Positions 13,650 to 26,510 of a DNA stretch of 64,000 bases are shown in pieces. The stretch covers positions 5,790,231 through 5,854,230 of the forward strand of contig NC_134033.1 of the NCBI RefSeq assembly GCF_964204645.1, read 5' to 3'. The notes under the pieces were generated by a model. It made no database searches and was not told the origin of the DNA. It saw only the letters and a program-made list of their open reading frames with translations. The position numbers were made by a program, and so were the translations under genes. This DNA comes from Tubulanus polymorphus (lineage: Eukaryota; Animalia; Nemertea). Every line of letters starts with the position of its first letter. Position 1 is the stretch's first letter.

Positions 13650-13890
13650 CAAACCCTGCCCGCAGACCGTTTGTCGGTCTATCAAACCGCCCAAAATTTC
13701 TTGGGTGGACAGGTTGCCATTCAGCGGCCACCAGTCTACGCATTAAACCGGCAATCGTTTTCGTCGGCAGGTTTGCTCTATAAATAAAACGCATCTGATT
13801 GGCTAAGATATAGACTGGTGGCCACTGAGCGGCAACCTGTCCCCCAAGTAATCTTGAACGATGCAATAGACAAAGGAAAGGTCTGCGGTT
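13650..13890. mobile_element. Fold-back MITE just downstream of the GPCR stop
   Basis: Arms 'ccgcagacc..cttgggtggacaggttgccattcagcggccaccagtcta' and 'tagactggtggccactgagcggcaacctgtcccccaag..ggtctgcgg' are imperfect inverted repeats. Confidence 0.75.
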
Positions 13891-13991
13891 TGGATATGTG
13901 CGGGTGTGAGCTTCGGCGGGAGGCAATCGAACCCTGGCGAGCGAGGAGGCTCTAGACAGAATTCCCACGTTCCCACGGTTTTGATAACAGA

Positions 13992-16460
13992 CTACCGACA
14001 ACAACAACGACGGCAATGTCGTCTGCAAAGTTGGCGAAACTCGCGATTGAACTCGCGCGAGAAATTCGCGTAAAGAAACGGATTGGCGATACGCGCCAGG
14101 AACAGCAAACAGTAGAAAATCGTCTCCAGATCTCGAAGCGACGAACTGTAACGGCCGGCGGCAGCGTCGTCGCCGATGAACGAGTGGAAGGTCAAGGCCA
14201 CCGGTAGCGGTAGCCACACGACCATGAACGCGGCGACGACGATCAGCGACCTGACGGCCGTCGTGTAGACCATACCGAATTTCTTCTTTCGGACGCGATA
14301 TTCGTGGATCACGCTCGAATTTGCTGCTATATCACTACATCTCCTAGAACTTATCTGTTTCGTATTTATTTCGCAAGCAGGAATGTGTTTATCTTTGGTC
14401 GATTTGCCTTCCCTACGTGTAGGCTCGCCAGGAATATCGATCTTCGATACACCGATTTTTCTACAATCAGTTTTTCTTGGTACGCTAGTAGGTAGCGTAT
14501 CACCTAACGAATCACTGATAAAGTCGTGTTTATCTTTGATCGAATAATCTCGCCTACTTTGGTTGTTTTTGGTAGGCTCGCCAGGCAAATCGATTTCCAA
14601 TACACCGATTCGCCTATTCCCTGTTTTGCTAGGTACGCTACTAAGTGAAGTACCCAACGAATCAGTGATAAAGTCGTGATTATCTTTGAACAAATTATTT
14701 TGCCTAACCGTGCCGCTTTCGGTACTTTCAGTGTTACTAAGTGCGCCAGTACGTAAAGTCTTACCTAACGGGTCACTTTGGTTCGTCAAGTTTGAGTCTA
14801 GAGGTTGGTCCGTTTTGTTGGTGATAAGTCTCGATGACCGAAATTCGCCGGTTTCGGTAGCGAAAGCAGATTTTCGAGTTCTCGAAAACGGTTCTCGCGA
14901 ATAAGAAATTTGCAGCCGCTGATGCTGCTGACCGGTCTGATTCGAATCGGTAATCGAAGGTCGTCCCGGATCCGTCTGCCGACGCGAGCTGACGGCCACT
15001 CCCGCGTTAGGATCGTCAGATTGAGGGCACACGCGAGACGATGGCCAACCTAGAACCGTGAACCTTCTCGTCGGTGCGGTGACCTCGATAACGGACGAGC
15101 TGGATTCGTCGATCGAGCCGATACCCGTGTCCGAATGACATTTTCGACCGCCGAAATCGCCCAGAATTTCATCTTTTGCTCCGTTTTTGTGATGGAAATA
15201 TTCCGATACGACCGATATCGAGTTCGATCGTCTGCGGTTACGATTGACCGTCGCGTCCGTCGACGAATTATTGAGCGTCGACAATCGCCAGATATTCTGA
15301 TTTTTCACTTTGTAGTAGATGCTGGCGTAGGCGGCGGTAACGACGACTACCGATACGCCACCTAGTGCCGCCATTACGTAAAACGACAACAGCAAGCCTT
15401 CGTCGGATTTCGAGTTCAGACAGCGCAGGTAAAACGACGAAGTCGAATTCGGTACGCTAGTTTCTACGATTGCCAACAGGAGTGCGAACGTCCACGTCAT
15501 CGATGAAATGAGGACTATGGCGTTAGTCCGCATGAATTTTCTGCAATAAAAAAGAAATAACATTGTTTAATCATCTTTTAAATTAAGCTTTTTAAGAAGC
15601 TATTGGTTTCAGCCGCAGTTTGCTTGCACAGTCAGGCGTCTTCCATCCGGAACTAATAACTACAGCTCAACTTCGTCTTACGATTTAAGATTTTAGTCAG
15701 CTAATCAATTCAAGTCACGCGCCGTATAGGGCTAGCACAGATTAGTTCAACTAGGTATATTTCATTTGTCATTGCGATGCTTTCAATAATACGGCTAATT
15801 CGTCGATCGTTTAAAATCCATTTGCCTTGAAAGTTGAAGATAAAGATTTAATTGAACTGGAATAAAGATTTGATTGAACTGGATTGCTACTTCCCATTGA
15901 AATTTAATTCGTGAATAAACATTGTTATAAAAGTTATCATTGATGTCCAAGAAGTTAAAAAACCCATGTGCTACTGATAAACCTCACAAAGACTATCATT
16001 CTGTAAAAGCCCTTTGCATTTAATAGGTTGTCCTGGTCCCTGCCCCTGATGTGATATCCCATACTCACTCGGTTTGAGGGTGAACGACGACTAAGTATCG
16101 ATTCACCGCTATCGTATCCAAGGTCAATATAGTTGCTATGTTGCACGTGGTCGCCAGGAATCGCTGTATTTTACAAACGGTGGCACCGACCGTCCTGCCG
16201 CGATTATTGAACCCGATAGCCGCCACCATCAACGGAACCACGGCCAGGCAAACTAAAACATCCGAAACGCTTAGATTCGTAATCAAAGCGTTCGTCGGCG
16301 TTCTCAGCGAGCGCTTCCGGGCAAATAACGTCACAACGGCGGTACTTCCGGTCATGCCGACGACGAAAGTAACGGTCAATAGAGCGTAGCAGACGGCCGC
16401 CGCCCGCGTAGAAATGTGTTCATGGAAAGTTCCGTTAAGATTTCCGCTTTTGTTGTTCAT
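13992..16460 (-). CDS. Rhodopsin-class GPCR, 2 exons, 646 aa, very long third intracellular loop
   Basis: Exon 1 16460-16069 (donor GA|GTGAGT) joins exon 2 15540-13992 (acceptor TTGCAG|) in phase 2, giving HPQTEKFMR. Motifs: N-terminal N-glycosylation sites, LRTPTN..NLSVSD (TM2), TM3 Cys, AVNRY (DRY variant), VWLP (TM6), ANPFLY (NPxxY) and a Cys-rich tail. Confidence 0.92.
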
Positions 16461-16526
16461 CTTGTATATAGGAACCGAATACTCTAAGAGCCGCCACGTA
16501 TGATAAGCTTAACCTGTCTCTTTCTC

Positions 16527-16585
16527 CGTGGCTTAGTGGTTTAGACGTTTGACTTACAGCCGCGTTATGTGGGGTTCGAACCCCA
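16527..16585 (+). mobile_element. tRNA-derived SINE head
   Basis: A-box TGGCTTAGTGG and B-box GGTTCGAACCC without a complete cloverleaf; similar heads at ~26963 and ~36750. Confidence 0.45.
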
Positions 16586-17885
16586 GAAAAATCACGCAAT
16601 TCGTTGCACAACAAACCGATTTCACGAATTTTCGTGGATAGTTCCGTGAATTTCTAAAACAACGAAAAAAGGCAACTTTAGCGAACGAAGAAAAGGTAAA
16701 CGTAGCGAATAAGGGAATAAGTGGGCAAAAGATACATCACCGCTAAGCTGCCGGTCTTAATATACAGACCTTCGATTTCGATGATATGTCCTGATATTCA
16801 CTTCGACAAACCACGTAAAACGATACCATCCACTCAAATAAGAGAGATATACTTCACAATCTGATTATATCAAGGGTCAACTGAAAAGGTTGCTTATATT
16901 TCAGACGATTACAGATGCATCGTTACATCGGAGATTAATTTGAACGATTTGATCACGGCGCCCAAGAAAACATTCGGCTAAAACGCTTAAGCATTAGTGA
17001 CGAATGCACTTTCGGAATTCCAACTTTCCTAAGATCTTGACTGGCAATATCTTAGGAATTCTTAAAAAGTCAAAATTCACCCGTTTCAATTTGCTATTTT
17101 TCCGAATGTCTAATTTTCAAGTTTACTTATTTCATAGAGCGACCGTTGTCATCCGAATACCTCGATCGGTTTGAGATCCATCGCGCTTTTATCCTCGCCG
17201 ACTAATATACCATTCGATACGCGTCGAAATCTATTTCCTCCGATATTTGCCAGGCGCAAACAACGCTCTCTACTTCTTTGCGACGTAGTGCAATTCCGTG
17301 TAAAGAGTCGTAGTCGAAAGTCGTTAGGCGTATGTCGTCCGAACGATTTGCAGAGTTTGAATCGATCTGTCGTCGCGCTGCGCTGACAGCCACGCCGCTG
17401 ACATCCCTTCTTCCTATCGACACGCTGAACAGTTTTGTCAACAAATCTCGCCTTTTTCCTGAATTGTTCCGTAAACACCGCCGGCGATGCGAACGCGTGG
17501 CTCGGTTTTCCGTGCTATTTCACCTTGTCGAGTCATTTGCAGCAGTAGTTGCCCGCGGCTTACGGAATCCAACCGATATTTCAAGCGCTGCGATTGCTCG
17601 GGGATTGTGCTGGTTGTTAGTAGGCCCCGAAGTTGACGGTCGCATCCCCTGGATATAATTCAAAAACCCTTTGGGAACATTACAGTAAATTGTATGGTTT
17701 TTAATAATGTTCTACCGTAGAGGATCCAATATCTAGGCAGGCAATACGGGATTGAATATCCTCTCAGTAGCTCATTCTCGGATGAGACTAACAATGTCGA
17801 GCGACGAGCAGGTTCGAGTCCGGCTCTAGCTGCTTACATATTGTGCCGGTTAGTCTCGAGATACGGTTAGTCTCGAGCGACGAGT

Positions 17886-18030
17886 GGGTTCGAGCCCCAC
17901 TAGCTGCTTACAGCATGCGGGCAACATTTCAGAGGTCGTGGTCCCGTCGTGAGGTTAAATCAACAATCAAAATAGGGTCGGGAAACAGTGGCCCAAACGA
18001 CGCTAAGCAAGGTTACAAACAATTTAACGA
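17886..18030 (+). mobile_element. tRNA-derived SINE
   Basis: Homologous to 5648-5795. Confidence 0.65.
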
Positions 18031-20269
18031 ATCCTACGAAAAATAAAACATCATCTCGGTCATCATCTCTGTTCCCAGAGCCTTCGCATTGCATGAAATT
18101 CCTTTTAAGGTGACATTAATGACGTAATATTTTTTCACTTTCTTTGCATTATGTCACTCCTTTTTTGTTTTTTTTTTTTCTTTGTCACATAGTATACCCC
18201 TCTGTTGATGACGTATCCCTATAATGTTGTATCATGAAATGTTAATGTTGTCAACAAAGATTAAATTGAATTGAATTGGTGGCGTTTCTGTTGTTCGGAG
18301 ATAAGTTCATTGAGTTGATTTTTGGAATTGGAATTGACTAGCATTATAATGAGATAATGTGTGTGTCGAAAACTGGTAAATTATAATGATACCTACGACA
18401 AATTAAGAATTATAGCATATATTCGATATATCTACGTGACTCGTAACACCCCGGTGAATTTTCAACGTAGAAGCAACGCGATTTAATAAACTGTAAGTCA
18501 TAAACTCCGCACTTCGGATGATTAGGCACGCGTCACGATCTCGTCGGCTATATTTCGAATCAAATAATCCCACGTATATTTCCCAACATGGCGTATACGT
18601 GCGTATCAACATATTGATAATTAAGATCGCTTTAGAATTAAGTAGGGTTGGGTTGTTACCAACTGTCTGCCCACCGATGAAAGAAAGTCTGGATAGGGTT
18701 GTTTTAGGGGAGGGATCTGGTTTGGGTCCAGGGGCCAGTTGCGCAGTCATGGCTTAGATGTAAGCACCGGCCTAAGACCATCTTAGTTCTGTAAATATCT
18801 ATCTAACTACTTAAGGCCAGTCCAACGATTTAAGACCTGGTTTGGACTCGCGTCACGACTTTGCAACGAGCCCCGATGTCGAATTTAGACTACCTTACCT
18901 TACATATATCGAGTGTAGAAATGCAGAGGGTGCAATAGAGGCACAACGATGAAAGAGGGAGATGGGGATTGATAGGTCAGGCAGGTGGACGGCGATGTGG
19001 CACGTCCATTCCTAGAATCTGCTGACTCATAGCGGAATACAGCAAAACAATGATTTAATTAACTGCCCTACTCTGCGAGCCCACGTGATCCTTTACATGA
19101 AATCACTAACGCTTTATGGTACCGGGTAGGAAATCTGATTAATCCTTGCTACTTGTAGTAGCTAAATTTACATTTTATTGTTTATTATCTTATTTATATA
19201 ACGTTGGGACGTATTAAGTAGTATCGGCTACGGTCAACAACAACACACGTAACGCAATTTCTATGGGTTTCACGTTTTAAAGGTCAATGTAATGACATTT
19301 ACTGTTCGCGTAAAAATCCATTTTGTTTAGACTAATGTCCGGTGTTTGTAGTTCATTTTCGATTGAAAACTTCTCATGTCAAGTCCTGTACACATGGAAG
19401 TGTGGACGAAAGTGTTCAGTTTTTGAAAGTGTGCTGGTAAAAAGCCTTATGCCTGGTATTGGTATTTCATTTTCAATAAAAAAATATCTCATGTCGATGT
19501 TCGCCACACTTGTGAAGTGTGGGCGATCAGTTTTTGAACGTGTGCTGGTTTATGTTTATTTAAGTCTTATCTTAAAAGATAAGAGTTACATAAACATAAA
19601 CTTATATATGGTGTTTTTCGTAGTAAAGATTTCTCAGTTTTTGAATGCGTGTTAGTGAAATGGCCAATGCCCGAATAATAATTCTAGTCTATTTCCAATC
19701 AAAAATGTCTCAGGTAAAGTTTTGAACACGTGTGAAGTTTGGACATCCACCTTTTCAAAAATGTCCTGACGAGATGTCTATGACTAATGTTTGTAGTACA
19801 TTTTCAACGTCTCAGGTTGAGTCCCGAACGATCGAAAATCGCAGGAATGACGAATGTCTGAGACAGTGTAGGGATCGGCCTGCACATTGATACCTGCATT
19901 ATGTTGTTTCCCAATCACCAAAACGAAACGCCTCTCATGGTACATCGTCATTACCCTTCAAGACGGAATGTGCGTAGAGGCCCAGTACGTACTGCGGGTA
20001 AACTCGCTAAATACGACTGCATATCCAGTTGATAGACACAGACACACAATGCCTCATCACAGAGTAGTCTGATTGTAACAGACGAATTATTGACAATAAA
20101 TGTCGGTTGTTATTTGTCGGGTAAATTGTAATCATGTTCACATCTTGCGCAAACAAACGTTCAGTTCATCAGCGTTGTTTAATGAATTGAATGATTTGCC
20201 AAATGAAATACAATATGCGAACCATTCACTAAGCACACTAGCACCAAAGCTGTGATGAACTCGTCTCAA

Positions 20270-20895
20270 TGCTGTGAGGTAAGTTCAACAAGAACTCACG
20301 TGGTGTTTTAGTCACTCACCTCCAACACAGCTGTGAGTAGTTCACCAAAGACCCATGTGTCTGTTCTAGCCATTCACTCCCGCCACAGCAGAGAGGGAAG
20401 TACACCAAGAACCCATGCGTCTATTCTAGTCACCACTCCCACCACATCTGAGAGGGGAGTACACCAAGAACCCATGTGTCTGTTCTAGTCATTCACTCCC
20501 GCCACAGCAGAGAGGGAAGTACACCAAGAACCCATGCGTCTATTCTAGTCACCACTCCCACCACATCTGAGAGGGGAGTACACCAAGAACCCATGTGTCT
20601 GTTCTAGTCATTCACTCCCGCCACAGCAGAGAGGGAAGTACACCAAGAACCCATGTGTCTATTCTAGTCACCACTCCCACCACAACAGAGAGGAAAGTAC
20701 GCCAAGAACCAATTTGTCTGTTCTGGTCATTCCCTCTCACCACAGCAGAGAAGGGAGTCCACCAAGAACCTATGTGTATTTTCTAGTCACTCACTCCCAA
20801 CAAGGGAGTCCACCAATAACCTATGTGTCTGTTATAGTCTCTCACGACCACCACAACTGTGAGGGGAGTTCATCAATAAACCATTTGTCTAGTTT
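20270..20895. repeat. 59/60-bp minisatellite with alternating dimer (about 119-bp higher-order unit)
   Basis: Two unit types alternate near-perfectly at ~20350-20700. Confidence 0.9.
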
Positions 20896-21781
20896 TACTT
20901 ATACGTCGATTCCGTGCCTAAGCCGAATGAGGGAATGGGGAACCGGCACACCAGCTATCCCGTCAGATGCCGCCACTAAGATATCAGATAAATAAGCTAA
21001 TGTGTTTTCTTTTTCTATGAAACAAATTAACTTTTACTTAAAATTAAACGAAATCGATGAAAATTAGTTCTCAGTTTTAGTTCGATCGTCCAACGAAAAA
21101 ATTAGGCAAATCAAGCGTCAAAATAAACTCTGATTAGTATTTAGAATTCATATTTGGCTCGATGTCCATACATCATGTATAGAATTTGAGACATCATTGT
21201 TAGATTTTAAAGTAGTTTGAGAAGATCTCAAGCGGTGACAAAAGTGACACCTGGTGGTTTATGGTGGAAGTTCGCTTGTAGCCAACGCGGTGCCCACTAC
21301 TGTCGAAAGCGGGGATTCCACGTTGCTTCGCCAGTGGTTATTGCACAACAGTTTACGTATTCTACATTTCAATTAAATCTTACTCAACTTGTCTTTTTAG
21401 TAAACTGACGTTTAGTTCAATCTATACCATACACTGTGAGGAACCGAATCTAACATCTATTCGATAACTCGGTTGGTAGTATACGAATTCTGAAGCCTAA
21501 AAAACCAGTTTGTTCGCAAATGGGCTAATTTTGGCTACAATAACGTTTGAGTTCTGAGATGACTAGCATTGTCCCGCTTGATTCCAAAGGCGTCTATGAG
21601 GTTGGCTGTTAAGGTGCTTAATAGATATACAATGATTAAAGAGATTAAGAATTCCCCTGGAAAAAATCAACTTCTACATCTTTTTCGTCTATAGTTCGAG
21701 AGGTTCAAGTTTTATTCGTCTGAATTGACTAAACTACATTTTGATTGGTCATAATACTAAAGGCGCGAGGATGGTTATCGA

Positions 21782-24700
21782 CTAATCGCATCTACCGAAA
21801 AGACGGTCACGCGGGCAGTTTCTCGACACTGTTTCGATGCCTCTCTGGTCGGTACCCGGGCTGCATTGATGAACCGGGTTGATACGAAGTCTGGTGTCCC
21901 GCTTGCAGAATCTGCTTCGTGTTGAGACGCAGTCGGTGTTGCATGGAGTCCAAGGCGTCCATGGGGACATGTTGCCGAGTGAGCCCACTATAAAGACATT
22001 ATTAAATTCCTAGTTAGCTAATGAATAGAACATAATGAGGCAATCTACCGTGGGTTCTGCTGAGGACCGACCAGGTGCTGCATGTGTGCAATAGGACATT
22101 AACTGCATCAAAAGATGATTCATTCCCTTTGTGGCAAGTGAGGATCCACCAAGCGTCACTAGTGTGCAGTGGGGCATCAACTACTGCCGCGGCAATAGAG
22201 GATTGTACTTGTGGCAATTGGGGATGTATCCAGGTGTCGCTAGTGCGCAGTAGGACATGAACTTATGTTTCAATAGAAGATTCGACTTGTAGCGTGAGGA
22301 TCCACCATGTGTCACTAGTGTGCAGTAGGACATTAATTACCATGGCAATGGAGAATTCCACTTTTGGCAAGTGGGGAAGCATCAAGGTGTCAGATTCAAA
22401 ATAAAATCAGCATTGGTGGGATATGATAGTAACCACTTACAGTTTTCGGAGCATCCGTACAGTTGGTTGATACCCACAAGTTCCGCTACGCTCAATTCAT
22501 CTAGTAAAAAGAATAAAAGATTATTTCTTTTTTGCACGTGGCAATATATATTGATTGTGGAAATAATCTTTGTCCATTAATTCGCTTAACTCTATGCAGT
22601 AGGATAAGATTGGCCTCAGCAGAATTCGCAACGAGTTGACTCGAATTAAGATTCGGTATTTCGAACTTTTCTAAGAAGTTCATTTACGTATAGATATAAT
22701 ATGGGCCTACTTGATATTGATTTTGAAATCAATTAATAATTTGAATAAAATGTACATGATAGAAATTGGAACTTGATTAACAGAGCGGTACAATTAGCGT
22801 GGACGTTTTGCAACTTGAAAAAATTGAGATTTTTAAGTAAAATAATGATCGAATAAGTTTGAGTGTGAATAAAGTCTTAAATCAGTATGAACGATCATTT
22901 CCTTGTGAAAAAGGTTTCAATTGATTATCAATGTAGATATGTACATCAAATCCGGAGTCAATTCGATAAGAGATTCGTCCATACTCAAAACTTAGACCTA
23001 TCGGATTAACACTTTCTCGCCGCGGATTAACGTTAATACGGGGTGATGTCTTTAAATTTCGAATGGATTCTAAGATTAGTATTGCTTACCTCTGGTGATG
23101 TAATCTCGAGTAAGATGGACGTATTTGTCTGCGTTAAGTTGGCTCTGCGCGTCAGTGAATCCTTCATGAAAAACAAAACAGAACTTTCTCTAGACGCCAA
23201 CACGACGAGTGTACAGTCTTCGTTATGACCTAAATGGCCTCAGAGTGACTGAGTTCCATCATAGGGCTGAATTCACATACGCTTGCTAAGCGCAGATAGG
23301 AAACTGAACTAGAAGTAAGATTACGAGTTATTCTAGGGGGCCAACAATATTGGTAACCTCTCCCCATAAACATATAACTTCGTTAATAGATTGATAGCAT
23401 ACATGGTTCAGAGGGTGCTTTGAAATTCAGTGAAATGCTGACGATCGTCGCTTTTCTGGTGAGCTTTTTTCAACATGATTTCGATCTTCAATATATCAAG
23501 TCTTGTTAAATGATTCTAACTATATATATCCACTTAATATAGTGACGGTGACACTAGCAACTGCTTACGAAAATGGCCAGAGTGCGTAATGAGAATCGAA
23601 GTGTACATGAGTGTAAACCTATCAGTGGACGACATTATAACGTATACACAGGAACTTCTCGGAACTTATTACTTTTGAATAGGTCGGTTTCCTAACTATT
23701 TCCGGTTGTGCCTTTAGGCCGCGCTTAAAGTTCTTTCATAACTTGTTTCTTTTCAAATTACGAATTCTAGAATGTATGTATTTTTTTATTATCAAAACCA
23801 TCCAGCCTATGAGATGTAGTGCATTTAAACGACTGTAAGACTGCACTAGATCGTGCCGATAAAGATCAAGCAACCAGGTTTGGCAGTAGTTCGCCATTAC
23901 GATGGAAATTATGTTATGAGGTCATGTCAGCTGATAGCTGACCTCGACGGGAGCAATCGGAATACACATTGTTATCTGTTAAATAACCTGGACGATGGTC
24001 TTGGAATTTAAAAGGTTTTCGATACCGATTTGGCCCTAGAACTTTCCAGATAATAAATTTCAAAGCACCCAGTCCGTTGGAAACGTACCAAGCGCATGCG
24101 TGACGGCGTGAATGACGATTCCTTTGAACGCGCAGTCGGCTCCGAGCGAAACAACTTGGGCTCCTTCATCGTCGGCTTTTCCAACGTGAGTGGCGCATCT
24201 GAAAACAATCATTTTGAAAAATTCATTCTCAACAAATTTTTTGACAGCGAAAGCTAAATGAAAAATTCCTTATTGCATTACACTGTTCATAAATATAGTT
24301 CCACAGTTCACAATTTAAGTTTGTTCATTTCATTTCCTCAACCCAGAGTAAAATCTTAACTAATTTACACAATTCAGACATCGTAATTCGTTCATAATTT
24401 CGATGAAGGTGTTCTCGAATTTATCAGAATTTAAATCTTTTATTTAGATCGTAACCGAACTTTATGAACTAGGAGTCATTGATACGTCGATGCAGGTAAG
24501 TTAACGAACCCGACTCCATTGGCGAATTTCAACCAGTTCGAGTCCTTCTTTTTGCTTCGTCGGAATTCCACGCAGGTTTTCTCTGAAAGTTCTTCCATTG
24601 TGGCTTTGATCATTTTCTTCACCTCTACACACGATAAATAAACCACGCGTTTATCAACGAACTCAATCAGCCCAATTGTAGTGTAGTGAATGAGGTTCAC

Positions 24701-25692
24701 AGGTAGTCTTATATCACAGGACTGGTCGTTAGTTATAAAGTTGATTATAAAACCAAAATAATCTTAGACTGTCCTTCAGTTAGATTGGCTATAGAACTAA
24801 AATAAAGCTTAGACTGGTTTTGAACCAATCTAACACAAATTTAAACTGCTATTGTTTATAAAACAAAGAAAAGAGCTTAGACTGGTTTTGTATATTAAGC
24901 TGTCAGGTAAGCTCTAGAACTTATATGAGCTTAAACGCGACCGATACTGGTTGTTAGATTGGTACGTAATAGAACCGAAATGAGCTTTACTCTAAATTTG
25001 TTACATCTGCCATAGAATCAAAAGTGTAGACTGTTGGTTGTTAGATTGGTCATATATAAAACTGGTTCTATATAGACTGTATTCATATTAGTTGTCAGAT
25101 TAGCAATAGAACTAATGAACTTAGACTGATCTTAGATTGTTGGACTGGTTAAAACCAAGATAGGTTTAAACTGGTCTTATGTTTGTAGATTGGATATCGA
25201 ACTTACAGAGTGGACTGGATTTTAGAAATCCGCCTTACCATCCACAAGTCCACGTCAACAATGAGGACAACTTTTGAAAACATGTCCAACTCGGTTAAAG
25301 CATGTACTTACGTTTGTCGAGAGAACTGTCAAATTCAAACGGGATGGAGCCCTTGTTCCATAGTTGTGACTGAGAAACGCGGAATGAGCGTTGGGCTGAT
25401 TACAAAAAGTAGACAAATAATCGTTAGGTACAAAAACAGTTTTTCAAAATCCAAATTGGAAAATAGCCAACCACTAGTTTCCATAAGTCCCCTTATGACA
25501 TCACTATTTACAAAATCTCTAAATCAAATATCGAAATGCTACTTAGCCCGATGATGTCATTTGGGGATTTTATGAACGAAGACGATTTTTAGCGGGCCGG
25601 ACGGTACCTCTTGTGAAATGCGCAGAAGCAACCAATTCAAACAAGGCGATAATCGACGCTGCTACCAGCAATGTTGAGATACTAAACTTCAT
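21782..25692 (-). CDS. Secreted astacin-like pseudoprotease + TSP1 domain, copy A (243 aa)
   Basis: Seven phase-consistent GT-AG exons: 25692-25608 (signal peptide MKFSISTLLVAASIIALFELVASA), 25395-25312 (QLWNKGSIPFEFD), 24624-24510 (IKATMEELSEKTCVEF), 24198-24089 (GCATHVG..QVVSLGADCAFKGIVIHAVTHAL), 23161-23090 (GFTDAQSQLNADKYV), 22500-22441 (LSVAELVGINQLYGC), 21987-21782 (SPWTPWTPC..C..TRSRFC, TSP1). An extra in-frame ATG is at 25695; a non-coding first exon ends at 26128. Confidence 0.9.
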
Positions 25693-26127
25693 CATTGGAG
25701 ATTTCGTATCTGAATCAAAAGAATACCATTAATGAGAAGAGCTGTTTTATTGTTCGAGGCTGGTTTCAAATTAAACTGAAAACATGTAGGCCTAGTCACT
25801 ATAACTTATAGAAAGCTCGCTGCTAATGCATTTTGTATAGCTTCATTAGGTAAACGAGTAGAGTTCATAGATATCTGAAACTGATACCCCTACTTATCAT
25901 CGGGCCAACTCGGGAGTATTCTTATTTTACAAGTATCACAACCGTTTATAGCAAACGTATGTTTTTCTGCTTTTTGTATTTGCCAACTAGCTCTAGCATA
26001 TGTAGAACCCATTAATCCCATTAATTTAAATTTGATTTTTTCGAAATGCTTGCCAAATACTTTGATCAACTTTTCCGAGTATGGCAGTATTTACCAATTT
26101 GTGTTGTGTATTTGCATGCATTCTTAC

Positions 26128-26510
26128 CTTGTCAAGTCCTTTGAGTCCAGAGCATGAGATAATCGTGGTTAGATTTGGCTGCGGTTATATACAAAATGCC
26201 ATCCATCCTAACATCTGGCATGGATATCCGGTCATCAACTTCCGGTCATTTGCGTGTATCGTTATCCGGTAATTTACTTCCGCTAAGTAGCGGCTGCCTC
26301 GCGGCATTCTTTGTCAATCGAATCGATTTTCCTTATAGGGATAAACAGGATTTTAAAACGTCGAAAAGAAATATGTAATGCGTGTCGCGCATGATGTCTG
26401 GATGGTGATCAATACGACGCGGAACACCAGCTTCGGCGGAAACTTTGACATCTGTCATTATTAATTTATTGTCGATTCAGTTAATATTGGCGACTGCGAT
26501 CACGTGGTCA
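26128..26510 (-). promoter_or_regulatory. Promoter and non-coding first exon of pseudo-astacin copy A
   Basis: TATATAA at 26191-26185, about 55 nt before donor AAG|GTAAGA; CCGGAAGT 26245-26238; GCGGAAGT 26283-26276; CACGTG 26501-26506; all conserved in copy B. Confidence 0.65.

Noticed and set aside
13639-14217. 192-aa minus-strand ORF
   Set aside because: Alternative frame of the GPCR 3' end running into a MITE.
16527-16585. tRNA gene (also ~26963 and ~36750)
   Set aside because: A/B boxes only, no proper acceptor or anticodon stems; treated as SINE heads.
17149-17658. Overlapping ORFs in a CpG-rich patch
   Set aside because: No recognisable domain; more likely promoter or 5' UTR of the GPCR, but unproven.
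23815-23825. ATG CAC TAC (MHY) as the missing astacin Met-turn
   Set aside because: It lies in the wrong intron (before the GFTD exon) and is not conserved in copy B.
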